From assembly GCA_965205025.1 (NCBI GenBank), contig CBDBFU010000012.1, forward strand, positions 192,001 through 256,000: DNA of 64,000 bases. The letters are read 5' to 3'. Below are positions 49,103 to 59,244 of this stretch, piece after piece (the stretch's first letter is position 1; each line of letters starts with the position of its first letter). Source of the stretch: Candidatus Poribacteria bacterium (GTDB lineage Bacteria; Poribacteria; WGA-4E; WGA-3G). Both the position numbers and the translations under genes were made by a program. A model generated the notes under the pieces. The model saw only the letters and a list, made by a program, of their open reading frames with translations. It did not search any database and was not told the origin of the DNA.

Positions 49103-50410
49103 ATGGATACAGCAAGAATTCAGATAAAAGCAGGAAACGGTGGAAACGGGTGTATTAGTTTCCGTAGAGAAAAATTCGTACCTCGAGGTGGTCCTGATGG
49201 TGGTGATGGTGGGAAGGGAGGACACGTCATCCTCGTCGCAACCCTTGGGATGAGCACACTAATTGATTTACACCATAATCCTCGCCAATCAGCCGAAAAT
49301 GGTGGGCACGGTACAGGTAAGAAGCGAGATGGCGCGGATGGTGCAGATCGAATCATAAAGGTTCCTGTTGGTACTATCATTAAAGACTTTGATACTGAAG
49401 AAATACTTGCGGATCTCACACAACCTGATCAATCTGTTATCGCTGCACGGGGTGGTATCGGTGGAAAGGGAAATTCACGATTCAAGAGTAGTACTTTTCA
49501 GAGTCCACGGGTCGCTGAAAAAGGAGAACCCGGTATTGAACGGGAGATCAGTCTTGAAGTTAAAATAATTGCGGATGTCGGTTTAGTAGGGTATCCAAAT
49601 GCTGGAAAATCAACTTTACTCTCACGGACATCCGCTGCAACTCCAAAAATCGCTTCCTATCCTTTCACTACGCTTATACCGAACTTAGGGGTTGTTCGAA
49701 TTGATCAAGAACAGAATTTTGTTTTGGCTGACATACCAGGTCTGATTGAAGGCGCACATAAAGGGGCAGGTTTAGGACACCAATTTTTACGGCATATTGA
49801 ACGTACCAAAATGCTTATCCATGTTATTGATCTTAGTGCAATAGATGGTCGAGATCCAATTGAAGATTACGAACAATTGAATCTTGAACTTGGACACTAT
49901 AATTCACTGTTGACTGAACTCCCTCAACTCATTGCATTAAATAAGGTTGATATGCCTGAATCAGAATCAAATATAGAACGAGTGAAAGCATATTTTGGAA
50001 AAAGAAAAGTATTTCCAATTTCTGCAATTACGGGTGAGGGGATCAATTCTCTCATGCAACAAGCCTACAGATCCCTACAATATCTTGAGTCTAAGGCAAG
50101 GGAAGAAGCAGAAACAACCATCACATTTGAACATGAATTACCTCCCGAACCTCGCAAACGTTTTGAACTGGAAAAGACCGAAGAAGGCTTTATTGTTACA
50201 GGGGATGAACCAAAACGAGCTGTGGTTATGACAGATATGGAGAACGAACAAGCATTGATGCTCCTATTCCGTAAATTAAAAAAAATGGGAGTGATAAACG
50301 CTCTCACACGTTCAGGCGTCAAAGAAGGCGATACGATTAAAATTGATGATTTCGAATTCACCTACAGTCCTAAAGTAATAAAATCAAATGACACAGAACG
50401 GACAGATTAA
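49103..50410 (+). CDS. obg: GTPase ObgE/CgtA
   Basis: Gly-rich Obg fold (FRREKFVPRGGPDGGDGG), GYPNAGKST, DIPG, NKVD, C-terminal OCT domain. Confidence 0.97.
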   Translation: MDTARIQIKAGNGGNGCISFRREKFVPRGGPDGGDGGKGGHVILVATLGMSTLIDLHHNPRQSAENGGHGTGKKRDGADGADRIIKVPVGTIIKDFDTEEILADLTQPDQSVIAARGGIGGKGNSRFKSSTFQSPRVAEKGEPGIEREISLEVKIIADVGLVGYPNAGKSTLLSRTSAATPKIASYPFTTLIPNLGVVRIDQEQNFVLADIPGLIEGAHKGAGLGHQFLRHIERTKMLIHVIDLSAIDGRDPIEDYEQLNLELGHYNSLLTELPQLIALNKVDMPESESNIERVKAYFGKRKVFPISAITGEGINSLMQQAYRSLQYLESKAREEAETTITFEHELPPEPRKRFELEKTEEGFIVTGDEPKRAVVMTDMENEQALMLLFRKLKKMGVINALTRSGVKEGDTIKIDDFEFTYSPKVIKSNDTERTD

Positions 50411-50446
50411 AATCTTATCTTATCCTACAATAGCCAACCCATAAAA

Positions 50447-51592
50447 ATGCACTCTATGCAAAATACACCAACTTACAATAGAAATGGATTATCGGCTGTT
50501 AAACGGATTGTTGTAAAGGTTGGGAGTAGTACAATCTCTGATAATCTGGTTATCAATGAAGCTGCACTTGATGGACTTGTTCACGATTTAGCAACTGTTA
50601 AGCAGCAAGGAATTGAAGTTATTCTTGTTACTTCAGGAGCAATTGCTGCAGGCTGGCCTCACCTCGGTTTTTCAACCCGTCCTCAGACACTTCCTGAATT
50701 ACAAGCTGCCGCAGCAGTCGGACAGACACGTCTTATGTCAGAATATGCTGACCGATTTTCACACTACAAACAATGTGTGGCACAAGTGCTTCTCACACAA
50801 GATGACTTTTCGGATCGAAGACGTTATACCCGAATGAATGACACTTTGCAAACGCTACTCCAACTCAATGCTATTCCAATTATTAATGAAAATGATAGTG
50901 TTTCCGTGGAGGAAATTAGGGTTGGTGACAACGACACACTATCAGCCTATGTTACAAACCTTGCACAAGCCGATTTACTTATAATCCTATCAGATCAGCA
51001 AGGGTTTTTTACCGAAGATCCACGGTTCAATCCTGATTCTGAATTACTACACACCATTACTGATATTTCCGATGAAACCTGGCAGGCTGCTGGTGATGCT
51101 GGGACAAATAGCGGTACAGGCGGAATGCTAACAAAGTTACGTGCAGCCGAAATCGTTACTGGGTCTGGAGAAATGATGGTGATTGCTTTTGGTCGAGAAC
51201 CCCTTGTTATCACACGTATTTTAAAAGGTGAATTACTCGGTACACTTTTTATGCCAAATACTCGTATGTCAGGACGTAAAAGATGGATAGCATATTCTCG
51301 TCCACCAAAGGGATATCTTGTGGTAGATAAAGGTGCGCGCAATGCCCTTGAGCAAAATGGAAGAAGTTTATTGCCTGCTGGTATACAGCGAGTAGTAGGA
51401 CACTTCAACTATCAAGACACAGTCTCGTGTATTTCTGAAAACGGTGCAGAATTCGCAAGAGGTTTAACAAACTATAATTCCACAGAGACAACAAAACTCG
51501 CTGGTAAACAAACACAAGATATAGAAAACATCCTCGGTTATCACGATTACGATGAAGTAATTCATCGGGATAATCTAGTCCTACTCGGTTAA
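50447..51592 (+). CDS. proB: Glutamate 5-kinase
   Basis: VVKVGSS, QAAAAVGQ, IINENDSV, GDNDTLSA, GTGGM.TKL, C-terminal PUA domain. Confidence 0.96.
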   Translation: MHSMQNTPTYNRNGLSAVKRIVVKVGSSTISDNLVINEAALDGLVHDLATVKQQGIEVILVTSGAIAAGWPHLGFSTRPQTLPELQAAAAVGQTRLMSEYADRFSHYKQCVAQVLLTQDDFSDRRRYTRMNDTLQTLLQLNAIPIINENDSVSVEEIRVGDNDTLSAYVTNLAQADLLIILSDQQGFFTEDPRFNPDSELLHTITDISDETWQAAGDAGTNSGTGGMLTKLRAAEIVTGSGEMMVIAFGREPLVITRILKGELLGTLFMPNTRMSGRKRWIAYSRPPKGYLVVDKGARNALEQNGRSLLPAGIQRVVGHFNYQDTVSCISENGAEFARGLTNYNSTETTKLAGKQTQDIENILGYHDYDEVIHRDNLVLLG

Positions 51593-51645
51593 TTTTTCAC
51601 ACACAAAAATATGAAGTATAAAACTCACGGAATTTATAGACATAT

Positions 51646-51717
51646 TTCAGTTTGTACGGTATTTCAAACCATGCTTATCAACTTTTCATAGGATAAACAT
51701 CTATAGAAATGGTATTA
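51646..51717. repeat. Right half of a family A element
   Basis: ttcagtttgtacggtatttcaaac...ctatagaaatggtatta. Confidence 0.7.
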
Positions 51718-51871
51718 CTTGAACATTTCTATAAACCAACCCAATCGAATGATTCACAAGTAAACCAGAATACGCATTATGCGTTACAATTAGTGATAAA
51801 ATGAACTTCTTAAAATAGGAGACAGAATGCGTTGAATGAATTAATGTCTCAGCGGATTCTTGTGGTAATTT

Positions 51872-52987
51872 ATGATTAGACTTTATGCTCTGATATTCGG
51901 AGTCATTATAATTTTTCACAATAATGTATATGCAGGACCAGGACGGACGGGTGCTCAAATATTAAATCTGGGTGGAGGAGCACGAGCCAGAGCATTAGGA
52001 GACGCATTTTCTGCTATGTCTGGAGATGTAACAACCTCCCTATGGAATCCCAGTGGCTTGGCAATTTTGCCTGAAAGTAAATTACAGACTGGACGGAAAG
52101 GTGCTCAAGCTTCAATGTTCTATACCGATTATAGTGGTCCTTTTGGTGAAGCAGGTGAAGGTTTATATTATACTTTTGTCTCTGGGGCAATACCTTTAGG
52201 AGAATACGGGACAGTCGGAGCAACACTACAGCTGCAAGGACAAGGAACTATAGCGGTTACCAGTGATTCACCTGACATCTTACGGGAGGAGAGTCTCGGG
52301 ACAAACATGGCACTAACCTTATCCTATGCTGATAGTATTACACAGTCTTTGACCGGTGGTATAAATGGAAAAATGATCCGGATGGTCTTAGGAAGAGAGA
52401 GTGGTAGTTCCTACGCCGTAGACCTTGGAATTCAATATAAGTTGCCTTTTGTTGAGATTATCCCGACAACAATCGGTGCAGTCATACAAAATGTCGGACC
52501 AGGTATTTCTTTTATTGATGAGAACCAGGCAGATCCATTACCACGTTTGTTTAGATTAGGAACTTCAACGAGTCTGTATCAAGATAGATATAACCATGTA
52601 CGCTTAGTATCTGGTATTACTGCTTATATTGATAAATTGAGAGAGGATGAAATAGAATTAGAGGCAGACTTGGAAAGAATTAATGCCGATAGAACTGAAA
52701 AACTTACAAAAAGTCAACTCTTATCAGATAGAGGCGTGGGTATTAGAGCATTTGAATGGCGGCATCTGCAAAAGAATATTGGACTGGAGTATTGGCTTGT
52801 AAACATTCTCGCATTAAGAATTGGGTATAAGTCTGAACCAGGAATCTCTCTACCCAATTGGTTTGATCATGTTACCTATGGAATTGGAGCTAAGGTTTCT
52901 ATGTTCAATCTTGATATAACTTATGGACCCCGTTTCGGTCCAAGTCAAGAACGGTTGATTGAATTTACGGGTTTAGTACTATTTTAA
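51872..52987 (+). CDS. PorV/PorQ-family (UPF0164-like) outer-membrane beta-barrel protein
   Basis: Signal peptide, L..GGGARARALGDAF.A..D....WNPSGL, A.DLG, N.GP.I, DPLP...RLG, C-terminal F. Confidence 0.75.
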   Translation: MIRLYALIFGVIIIFHNNVYAGPGRTGAQILNLGGGARARALGDAFSAMSGDVTTSLWNPSGLAILPESKLQTGRKGAQASMFYTDYSGPFGEAGEGLYYTFVSGAIPLGEYGTVGATLQLQGQGTIAVTSDSPDILREESLGTNMALTLSYADSITQSLTGGINGKMIRMVLGRESGSSYAVDLGIQYKLPFVEIIPTTIGAVIQNVGPGISFIDENQADPLPRLFRLGTSTSLYQDRYNHVRLVSGITAYIDKLREDEIELEADLERINADRTEKLTKSQLLSDRGVGIRAFEWRHLQKNIGLEYWLVNILALRIGYKSEPGISLPNWFDHVTYGIGAKVSMFNLDITYGPRFGPSQERLIEFTGLVLF

Positions 52988-52991
52988 TGAA

Positions 52992-53810
52992 TTGAGGTAC
53001 ATTATAATCGTGATGTTAAATAAGAGAATAGTTTTATATATTGCACTAATTACCTTACTCCCCTCTATTGTTTTTGCATCCCAACTATCACAATCTTCAA
53101 TATTCAATGGATTTCATTTAAGGTCGTCAATTGGATCAAAAATACTTAAAGATGAATCTTCCACTACATTAGTCACAACTAATAATTCAACTGCTCTGAA
53201 ATCTCCAAATGAAGCATTTTTGTATTCAATGGTTGTCCCAGGTTTAGGACAGATTAACAATGGTGCAAAATATGGGTACATCTATACTGCTGCTGAAGTA
53301 GGATTATTGACGACCTTTTTTATTCTGCGAAACAATGCAGCGAATACACGAGAAAACTACCGTGATATCGTAAGAGACAATGTAATCTTTGAAGGTCCAG
53401 GAAATTTTGAGAATTGGGATCCAATTGAAGATTTTGAACATGCCACACAATATGAGAACTGGAATCACGTATATGATTCAGATGCAACAAGAGATCGTAC
53501 CGGGAAATGGTATTGGAAAGATCTTGATCCGACTTTAAAAAGTGAAAAGGATACAGAAATTGACTTTGATTCAAAATATAGATTAGAAGCTTTTGATTTA
53601 AGAGAACAAGCAAATGATAGATTTCAAACCGCACGGACTGTCTTAGGAGTAGTGATTCTTAACCATATTGTTAGTGCCGTTGAAGCACGTATAAACACAA
53701 TACGATACAATAATCAACATTTACAGAACAATAGTTTTGAAATTGAAACAAATACTGATATTTCATCTGGATCCATTACTGGAGTTCTGGTTTTTAAGAA
53801 AAGGTTTTAG
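52992..53810 (+). CDS. DUF5683-like membrane/exported protein
   Basis: KSP..A..YS.VVPGLGQI and NHIVSAVEA motifs. Confidence 0.6.
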   Translation: MRYIIIVMLNKRIVLYIALITLLPSIVFASQLSQSSIFNGFHLRSSIGSKILKDESSTTLVTTNNSTALKSPNEAFLYSMVVPGLGQINNGAKYGYIYTAAEVGLLTTFFILRNNAANTRENYRDIVRDNVIFEGPGNFENWDPIEDFEHATQYENWNHVYDSDATRDRTGKWYWKDLDPTLKSEKDTEIDFDSKYRLEAFDLREQANDRFQTARTVLGVVILNHIVSAVEARINTIRYNNQHLQNNSFEIETNTDISSGSITGVLVFKKRF

Positions 53811-53822
53811 AAGGAGAAATCA

Positions 53823-54761
53823 ATGTCGTTAGAGTTACCGCAACTATTGGATGCTCTAAATTCTGTAACAACCATTCCCATTATCCCATTTAATGATGGT
53901 AAGATAGATTATGCTGGTCATTCAAAGAATATTGACTATTTAATGACAAATAACTATCTGGATGAAGACCGGAAACGGGTCATTGCAATTGCAGGCACAA
54001 GTTTAATACATCATATATCTGAAACGAATCAGTTGAGATTAATTGAGAGAACGGGAGCACTGATGGGGAATGATGGTGTATTGATGTCCGGTATTGTTCC
54101 AAACCCTATTAAACAAGCAGGACAACTCATTGAAGCGCAATCTGAACTAAATAGACCACCAGATGTCTATTTATTGATGCCGTTAACAGGGGTTTCTAAT
54201 CCAGATGGTATATATGAAGAGTATATGCAATTTGCTGAAAATTTTGGAACTAAATGTAATGCAAGATTTATCTACTATTTCCGACAAAAACGGGATTTAG
54301 AAGTTGTTATACGTTTGTTGAATGATTCACCACATTTTATTGGCGTAAAAATCGGTACAGATATGGATGATGTACAACCGATTGTTGAAGGTGTTGGGAA
54401 TAACGGGATTGTCATGTGGGGTATAGGGGATAGATGTACACAACCTGCTCAATTAGGTACGAAAGGTCATACATCAGGTATCGCAGTTGCTTATGCACGT
54501 GCTTCAGATGAGATCAATAATGCACAACGGAAGAGCGATTACGATACATCTGCGCGTATTGAAGCAGATATTAGTTCACTTGAAGAAATTCGGTTCATGA
54601 ATGAACGGATATACAATTATTCAGCTGTCGTTGAGACTATGATTTTAGGTGGTTTTGAAGATATTGAGGCTGGAACAGGGGGACCTTTTAACCCACGTGT
54701 ACCACCTGAAATTAGAAAAAAACTTAAAACAATTACACAGGATTTAAAACGATATCATTAG
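53823..54761 (+). CDS. DapA/N-acetylneuraminate lyase-like TIM-barrel protein
   Basis: IPIIPF.DG.IDY, GT, YYF, IGVKIG (Schiff-base Lys position), G..GHTSG. Confidence 0.65.
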   Translation: MSLELPQLLDALNSVTTIPIIPFNDGKIDYAGHSKNIDYLMTNNYLDEDRKRVIAIAGTSLIHHISETNQLRLIERTGALMGNDGVLMSGIVPNPIKQAGQLIEAQSELNRPPDVYLLMPLTGVSNPDGIYEEYMQFAENFGTKCNARFIYYFRQKRDLEVVIRLLNDSPHFIGVKIGTDMDDVQPIVEGVGNNGIVMWGIGDRCTQPAQLGTKGHTSGIAVAYARASDEINNAQRKSDYDTSARIEADISSLEEIRFMNERIYNYSAVVETMILGGFEDIEAGTGGPFNPRVPPEIRKKLKTITQDLKRYH

Positions 54762-54851
54762 TCAATCTCCTCTACGTATGCTACAACTCGAATCCGGGAT
54801 TATTTATCCTGGATAGCGGACTAATTGACTCTGCAGTGAGAATACCACCCA

Positions 54852-56558
54852 ATGTCATTTGATAGCTTAATCCTTAGAAATGTCACACACGAATATCAAC
54901 AAACATTCTTGGGTGGAACAATACGACATATCCAACAAGTTAACCCTACCGATTTTTCATTCAAAATCGCACATGGTACACACACTCATTGGATCATTAT
55001 TTCGGCACATTCTACCCATGCACGGACACATCTGATTCATAAATCCCCTCCAGGTCAAAAGCAATCCTATTTGGCGGATTTTCTATCAACTCATCTAAAA
55101 CATGGTACCATTACCGATATTTCTCAGATTGGCTTGGATCGGATCTTAAGAATTTCAGTTCAACCTGTATCTGATGATCCAATACAACCAAACCCAAAAT
55201 CCCTTTACTTAGAATTTATGGGGAAACATAGTAATATCATCCTAATTGACGATACCGATAAAAGAATCCTTGAATGTTTGAAACATATTGACGAATCTAT
55301 AAGTCGATTCCGTGAAGTTCTTCCAGGAGAAAACTATACTTTACCACCTCAACAGGACAAATTAGATCCTTTTTCCATTGATGAAGCACAGTTTTCTCAG
55401 ATTTCTCAAGACACCGATGGAGGTTGGAAATCTCTTTTTAACAATATTGATGGTTTAAGTCCTACTCTTGCAAAAGAAATAATTAAAAGAGCAGAAAATA
55501 CAAAACTATGGGAGGCATTCAAGCAAGTTATCAAATATTTTCACATAGAACATAGTGTGCCTCAAGTAATTATAGATGGTGAAAAACCTTTAGTCGCTTC
55601 ATCCCTACCCTTACATCAATTTTCAGATACTGAATCATTACCATTTAATACAATGAGTGAAGCACTCACAACATATTATAATAGAGTATCTGAAAACGAA
55701 AAAAGAATAGCTGATAAGAACAAACTTTTACAAGCCTTAAAAAAGCAAGAAAGTTTACTAAAACGAAAAGAGAAAGGATTAACACAGGATTTAGCGAGAG
55801 CAGAGAATGCAGATAATTATCGGATACAAGGGGAGTTAATATTAGCAAATATTAATAAAATTACACGCGGACAGAAAAGTGCAGAATTGCAGAATTATTA
55901 TAGTCCAGATCTTGAAACCCTTATGATTTCTCTTGATCCTGAATTAACTCCATCTGATAATGCACAGAGATATTTCAAAAAATATACGAAAGCGAAACGT
56001 GGTTATTCTGAGATTCAACAGAGACTCGCTGACCTCGAAGCAGAACATGAAGTATTAAATTCAAATGAATCTAAAGTTGCTTCAGCAGAAACACTTCAAG
56101 AACTGGATAAGATTCTAAATGAATTTATTCAGATTGGTTATATCAAAACCCAAAAACATGGCAAACAACAAGATACAGGAGAAGGACCATTTCGACGATA
56201 TACATCATCTAACGGTTTCCAAATTTATGTTGGACGTAATAGTCAATCAAACGATCTGTTGCTACGTCAGATTGCTAAACCTCGTGATATGTGGCTTCAT
56301 GCAAAGCAGATTCACGGTTCGCATGTAATTATCCGTAATCCTGAAAACCGTCCTGATATTCCAATGCCAACTTTACTCCAAGCCGCACAACTTGCAGCCT
56401 TTTATAGTAAGGCACATCATTCCAGTTATGTCCCAGTTGACTACACCTGGGCGCGCTATGTCGTGAAACGTAAGGGAAATGTAGCAGGTTTTGTACATTA
56501 CACTCAGGAAAAAACTCTATATGTTGAACCTGCTGTCCCTTCCTTAGTGAAAGACTGA
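54852..56558 (+). CDS. rqcH: NFACT / RqcH (FbpA) ribosome quality-control protein
   Basis: MSFD, DRIL, EFMGKHSNIIL, NAQRYFKKY.K, VGRNSQSND, WLHA..IHGSHV, VPVDYT. Confidence 0.9.
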   Translation: MSFDSLILRNVTHEYQQTFLGGTIRHIQQVNPTDFSFKIAHGTHTHWIIISAHSTHARTHLIHKSPPGQKQSYLADFLSTHLKHGTITDISQIGLDRILRISVQPVSDDPIQPNPKSLYLEFMGKHSNIILIDDTDKRILECLKHIDESISRFREVLPGENYTLPPQQDKLDPFSIDEAQFSQISQDTDGGWKSLFNNIDGLSPTLAKEIIKRAENTKLWEAFKQVIKYFHIEHSVPQVIIDGEKPLVASSLPLHQFSDTESLPFNTMSEALTTYYNRVSENEKRIADKNKLLQALKKQESLLKRKEKGLTQDLARAENADNYRIQGELILANINKITRGQKSAELQNYYSPDLETLMISLDPELTPSDNAQRYFKKYTKAKRGYSEIQQRLADLEAEHEVLNSNESKVASAETLQELDKILNEFIQIGYIKTQKHGKQQDTGEGPFRRYTSSNGFQIYVGRNSQSNDLLLRQIAKPRDMWLHAKQIHGSHVIIRNPENRPDIPMPTLLQAAQLAAFYSKAHHSSYVPVDYTWARYVVKRKGNVAGFVHYTQEKTLYVEPAVPSLVKD

Positions 56559-56667
56559 TATTTCTTCTTCAACCAATCTTGGTTAACCTTCCTCCATTGC
56601 CAAGAATTTGTTGACACAATACCTGCATATAATTATACTTACTCTCAATAAAAGGAGGAATAGTACA

Positions 56668-57387
56668 ATGTTACAGAAGCTAATACTGGTATTGCTTGTA
56701 ATTTGTTGTATAATATCTTTTTCTGTAGAACAAACAATCGCCTTAGAAGAATGGGTGCCAATTGATATAGAACCCTATTCAAATACGAAATTAAAAGGTC
56801 ATCAATGGTGGACATTGAATGCTGGTGACAGCACGTACTCTCGTCTTCCTATTGGTGAAGTAGCAGATTTTGAAGGTCCTGAGAAAGAGGTTAAATTTCA
56901 GATAATTGATGGAGCAATTGTCCTTTTCGGTACAAATGCTGCTCGATGGCCGAAATCTGTTGACGATATTACTATCGGTGGAAAAGCAAAATCAATATAT
57001 TTTCTGCATGCAACGGGTTGGAGCGCAGCGGGTGTACCAAGTTATAAGTTTGTAATGAATTATAATGGTGGAAAGCAAGAAGTCCTTGAAATGATTACCA
57101 ATGTCAACTCACATGATTGGTGTCATGAAACAAAAGTATTTGAAGATAAAAACTCCGTTTGGGGGTGGACATTAAATGAAGGACCTCCGTGTGGACACGC
57201 AGGGGCAATCACGACGAAATGGGATAATCCTCATCCTACCTCCGAAATTATATCTATTGATGCAGTTTCCTTAGAATTAGGTGCTGTACCCATAATTCTT
57301 GCAATTTCATTAGGTGATGGGTCATTGGATGTATACCCAACAGAAAAAATGACACTTACATGGGGAAGTCTCAAAAAGTCATTCTGA
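56668..57387 (+). CDS. Exported hypothetical protein (carbohydrate-binding-like) with C-terminal KMTLTWGSLK tail
   Basis: AGGAGG RBS before ATG 56668 (the ORF track starts at 56608); signal peptide; IYFLHA, WDNPHP..EI..I. Confidence 0.7.
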   Translation: MLQKLILVLLVICCIISFSVEQTIALEEWVPIDIEPYSNTKLKGHQWWTLNAGDSTYSRLPIGEVADFEGPEKEVKFQIIDGAIVLFGTNAARWPKSVDDITIGGKAKSIYFLHATGWSAAGVPSYKFVMNYNGGKQEVLEMITNVNSHDWCHETKVFEDKNSVWGWTLNEGPPCGHAGAITTKWDNPHPTSEIISIDAVSLELGAVPIILAISLGDGSLDVYPTEKMTLTWGSLKKSF

Positions 57388-57413
57388 GATTAAGAATATC
57401 ACGAGTCTAATGC

Positions 57414-57493
57414 TTAAATTGATGCCTATAGGGCGGGGAAACCCCGCCCTACGATAATTTATGAACTTGATTACCGAACTATTTAAACTTCAT
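57414..57493. repeat. Composite repeat: D right end + GTAG-REP (minus strand) + B right end
   Basis: ttaaattgatgcctat, agggcggggaaaccccgccctac, attaccgaactatttaaacttcat. Lies between convergent genes. Confidence 0.7.
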
Positions 57494-57520
57494 CTGGCTC
57501 ATCAAATTACCTTCCAATAT

Positions 57521-58408
57521 TTAACCCTTTGGTAAGAATTGACGAAGATGGTTTCCACCGATCGCAAAACCTTCCAATCCAGGGGCACCACGATCCTCAT
57601 TTTCAACACACAACACATAATCATATCCAGATTCAAGCAATGCCCCAATAATTGTTCCCCAATTCAACTGTCCTCTACCGGGAACACGATACTGCCACCA
57701 CCAATTTCCAATTATTCCCTGACGGAATAACATGCGTGGACTAATCTCACAATCTTTGACATCCGCATAATACCATTTACCATCAAACATTCGAATTGCA
57801 TCCTCTGCAGGTAATATTCCCATCCACAACCAATGGGATGGATCGCAAGATAGACCCAAGGCTTCTGATGGTACAGACTGAAGAATACGTTCCCACATCT
57901 CAGGATTACAAGCGATATTCCCCATACGCACTGCACAATCCAAAGCGAGTTTCACACCTTTGTCCTCAGCGTATTCAACCACAGGTGTCCACATTTCCTT
58001 AAAACGTCCTACCAATTCTACAGAACGATCACCAGGATTGCCTGGATCCGATGAAAATTGTCCATAAAAGTGCCAACTCACAGGACTACCAGCATATGTT
58101 ACAACCACAGGTGTATCAAGAATATGTGCAGCCTCAACTGCTTGTATTAGGTTATCACGCGCAGTATTACGTGTTTCTAAGTCATCATCCAGAAGATTAC
58201 AATGTGCTGTTAATGCAGCAACATAAATACTTACTTCAGACAATAAATCCTTGACTTCTTCACCTTCAGATTCTATAATCTTGTTCGGTTCAAATAAGCC
58301 ATTTACATTCGGTCTGATTGCATCAAAGTTGTTAGCTATTGACCATTCTGCACATTCCTGAAGACTCCATGCACCACCACCGACACTCGTGCTAAAACAA
58401 ATATCCAT
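57521..58408 (-). CDS. Sugar phosphate isomerase/epimerase (xylose isomerase-like TIM barrel)
   Basis: GLSCDPSHW, DVKD, RVPGRG.LNW, GYD..L.VENED. Confidence 0.85.
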   Translation of the reverse strand: MDICFSTSVGGGAWSLQECAEWSIANNFDAIRPNVNGLFEPNKIIESEGEEVKDLLSEVSIYVAALTAHCNLLDDDLETRNTARDNLIQAVEAAHILDTPVVVTYAGSPVSWHFYGQFSSDPGNPGDRSVELVGRFKEMWTPVVEYAEDKGVKLALDCAVRMGNIACNPEMWERILQSVPSEALGLSCDPSHWLWMGILPAEDAIRMFDGKWYYADVKDCEISPRMLFRQGIIGNWWWQYRVPGRGQLNWGTIIGALLESGYDYVLCVENEDRGAPGLEGFAIGGNHLRQFLPKG

Positions 58409-58451
58409 ATTATAACCCCAATGAGAGAAATCAAATCATAGTATAACAGTT

Positions 58452-59126
58452 ATGCAAATTATTTGTGAAGGTAATATAAAGACTCAACTACTTGACCTAT
58501 ATCAACAACTACAATCAGAACACGGAAAATTAAGATGGTGGCCAGCAGATACTCCTTTTGAAGTGGCTCTTGGGGCAATTCTTACGCAAGCAACTGCATG
58601 GCGAAATGTCGAGAAGGCACTGGATAATCTAAAAGCTGCCGATAAGTTTACACCCGAAAAAATCAATAAACTCAATCAAGACGAGTTGGAAGAACTTGTA
58701 CGACCTTCTGGTTATTTTCGAGTTAAGGCAAAGAAGGTACGGGCATTTGTTGAACATCTTATTGAACGCCCCATGTCTGCCATGTTCAAGCAGGATGTTC
58801 CTGAGTTAAGAGAAGAATTGCTATCTATCTTCGGTGTAGGTCCGGAAACTGCAGATTCAATTATCTTGTATGCTGCAGAAAAACCAAGTTTTGTTGTTGA
58901 TACTTACACATACAGATTGGTGAGTAGATTAGGATGGGTTGAAGGTAATTTTCACTATGAAAGACTAAGAGCTCTATTTATGGATAACCTTCCGCACGAT
59001 GTTGAACTATTCAACGAATACCATGCACTCGTCGTACGGCATGGTGCACGAGTATGTAAAAAAACTCCTGAGTGCATAGCCTGTTGTCTACAAGAAAATT
59101 GTGATTACTATTCCAATTTAGAATAG
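58452..59126 (+). CDS. HhH-GPD / endonuclease III-related DNA glycosylase
   Basis: WWPADTPFEV..GAILTQ, GVGPETADSI, VVDTY, C-x6-C-x2-C-x5-C FeS motif. Confidence 0.9.
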   Translation: MQIICEGNIKTQLLDLYQQLQSEHGKLRWWPADTPFEVALGAILTQATAWRNVEKALDNLKAADKFTPEKINKLNQDELEELVRPSGYFRVKAKKVRAFVEHLIERPMSAMFKQDVPELREELLSIFGVGPETADSIILYAAEKPSFVVDTYTYRLVSRLGWVEGNFHYERLRALFMDNLPHDVELFNEYHALVVRHGARVCKKTPECIACCLQENCDYYSNLE

Positions 59127-59128
59127 AG

Positions 59129-59244
59129 TTATACCATTTCTTATTATTAAAGTCGCTTAAATGTAACATAAACTTCCAGTTTGTGCGGTATTTCAAGACT
59201 TCCATGCCATCGTTCCATAACAACTATTTATGGAAAAGGTATTA
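59129..59244. mobile_element. Family A element, empty (~116 bp), between convergent genes
   Basis: ttataccatttct...gtaacataaacttccagtttgtgcggtatttcaag...ggaaaaggtatta. Confidence 0.8.
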
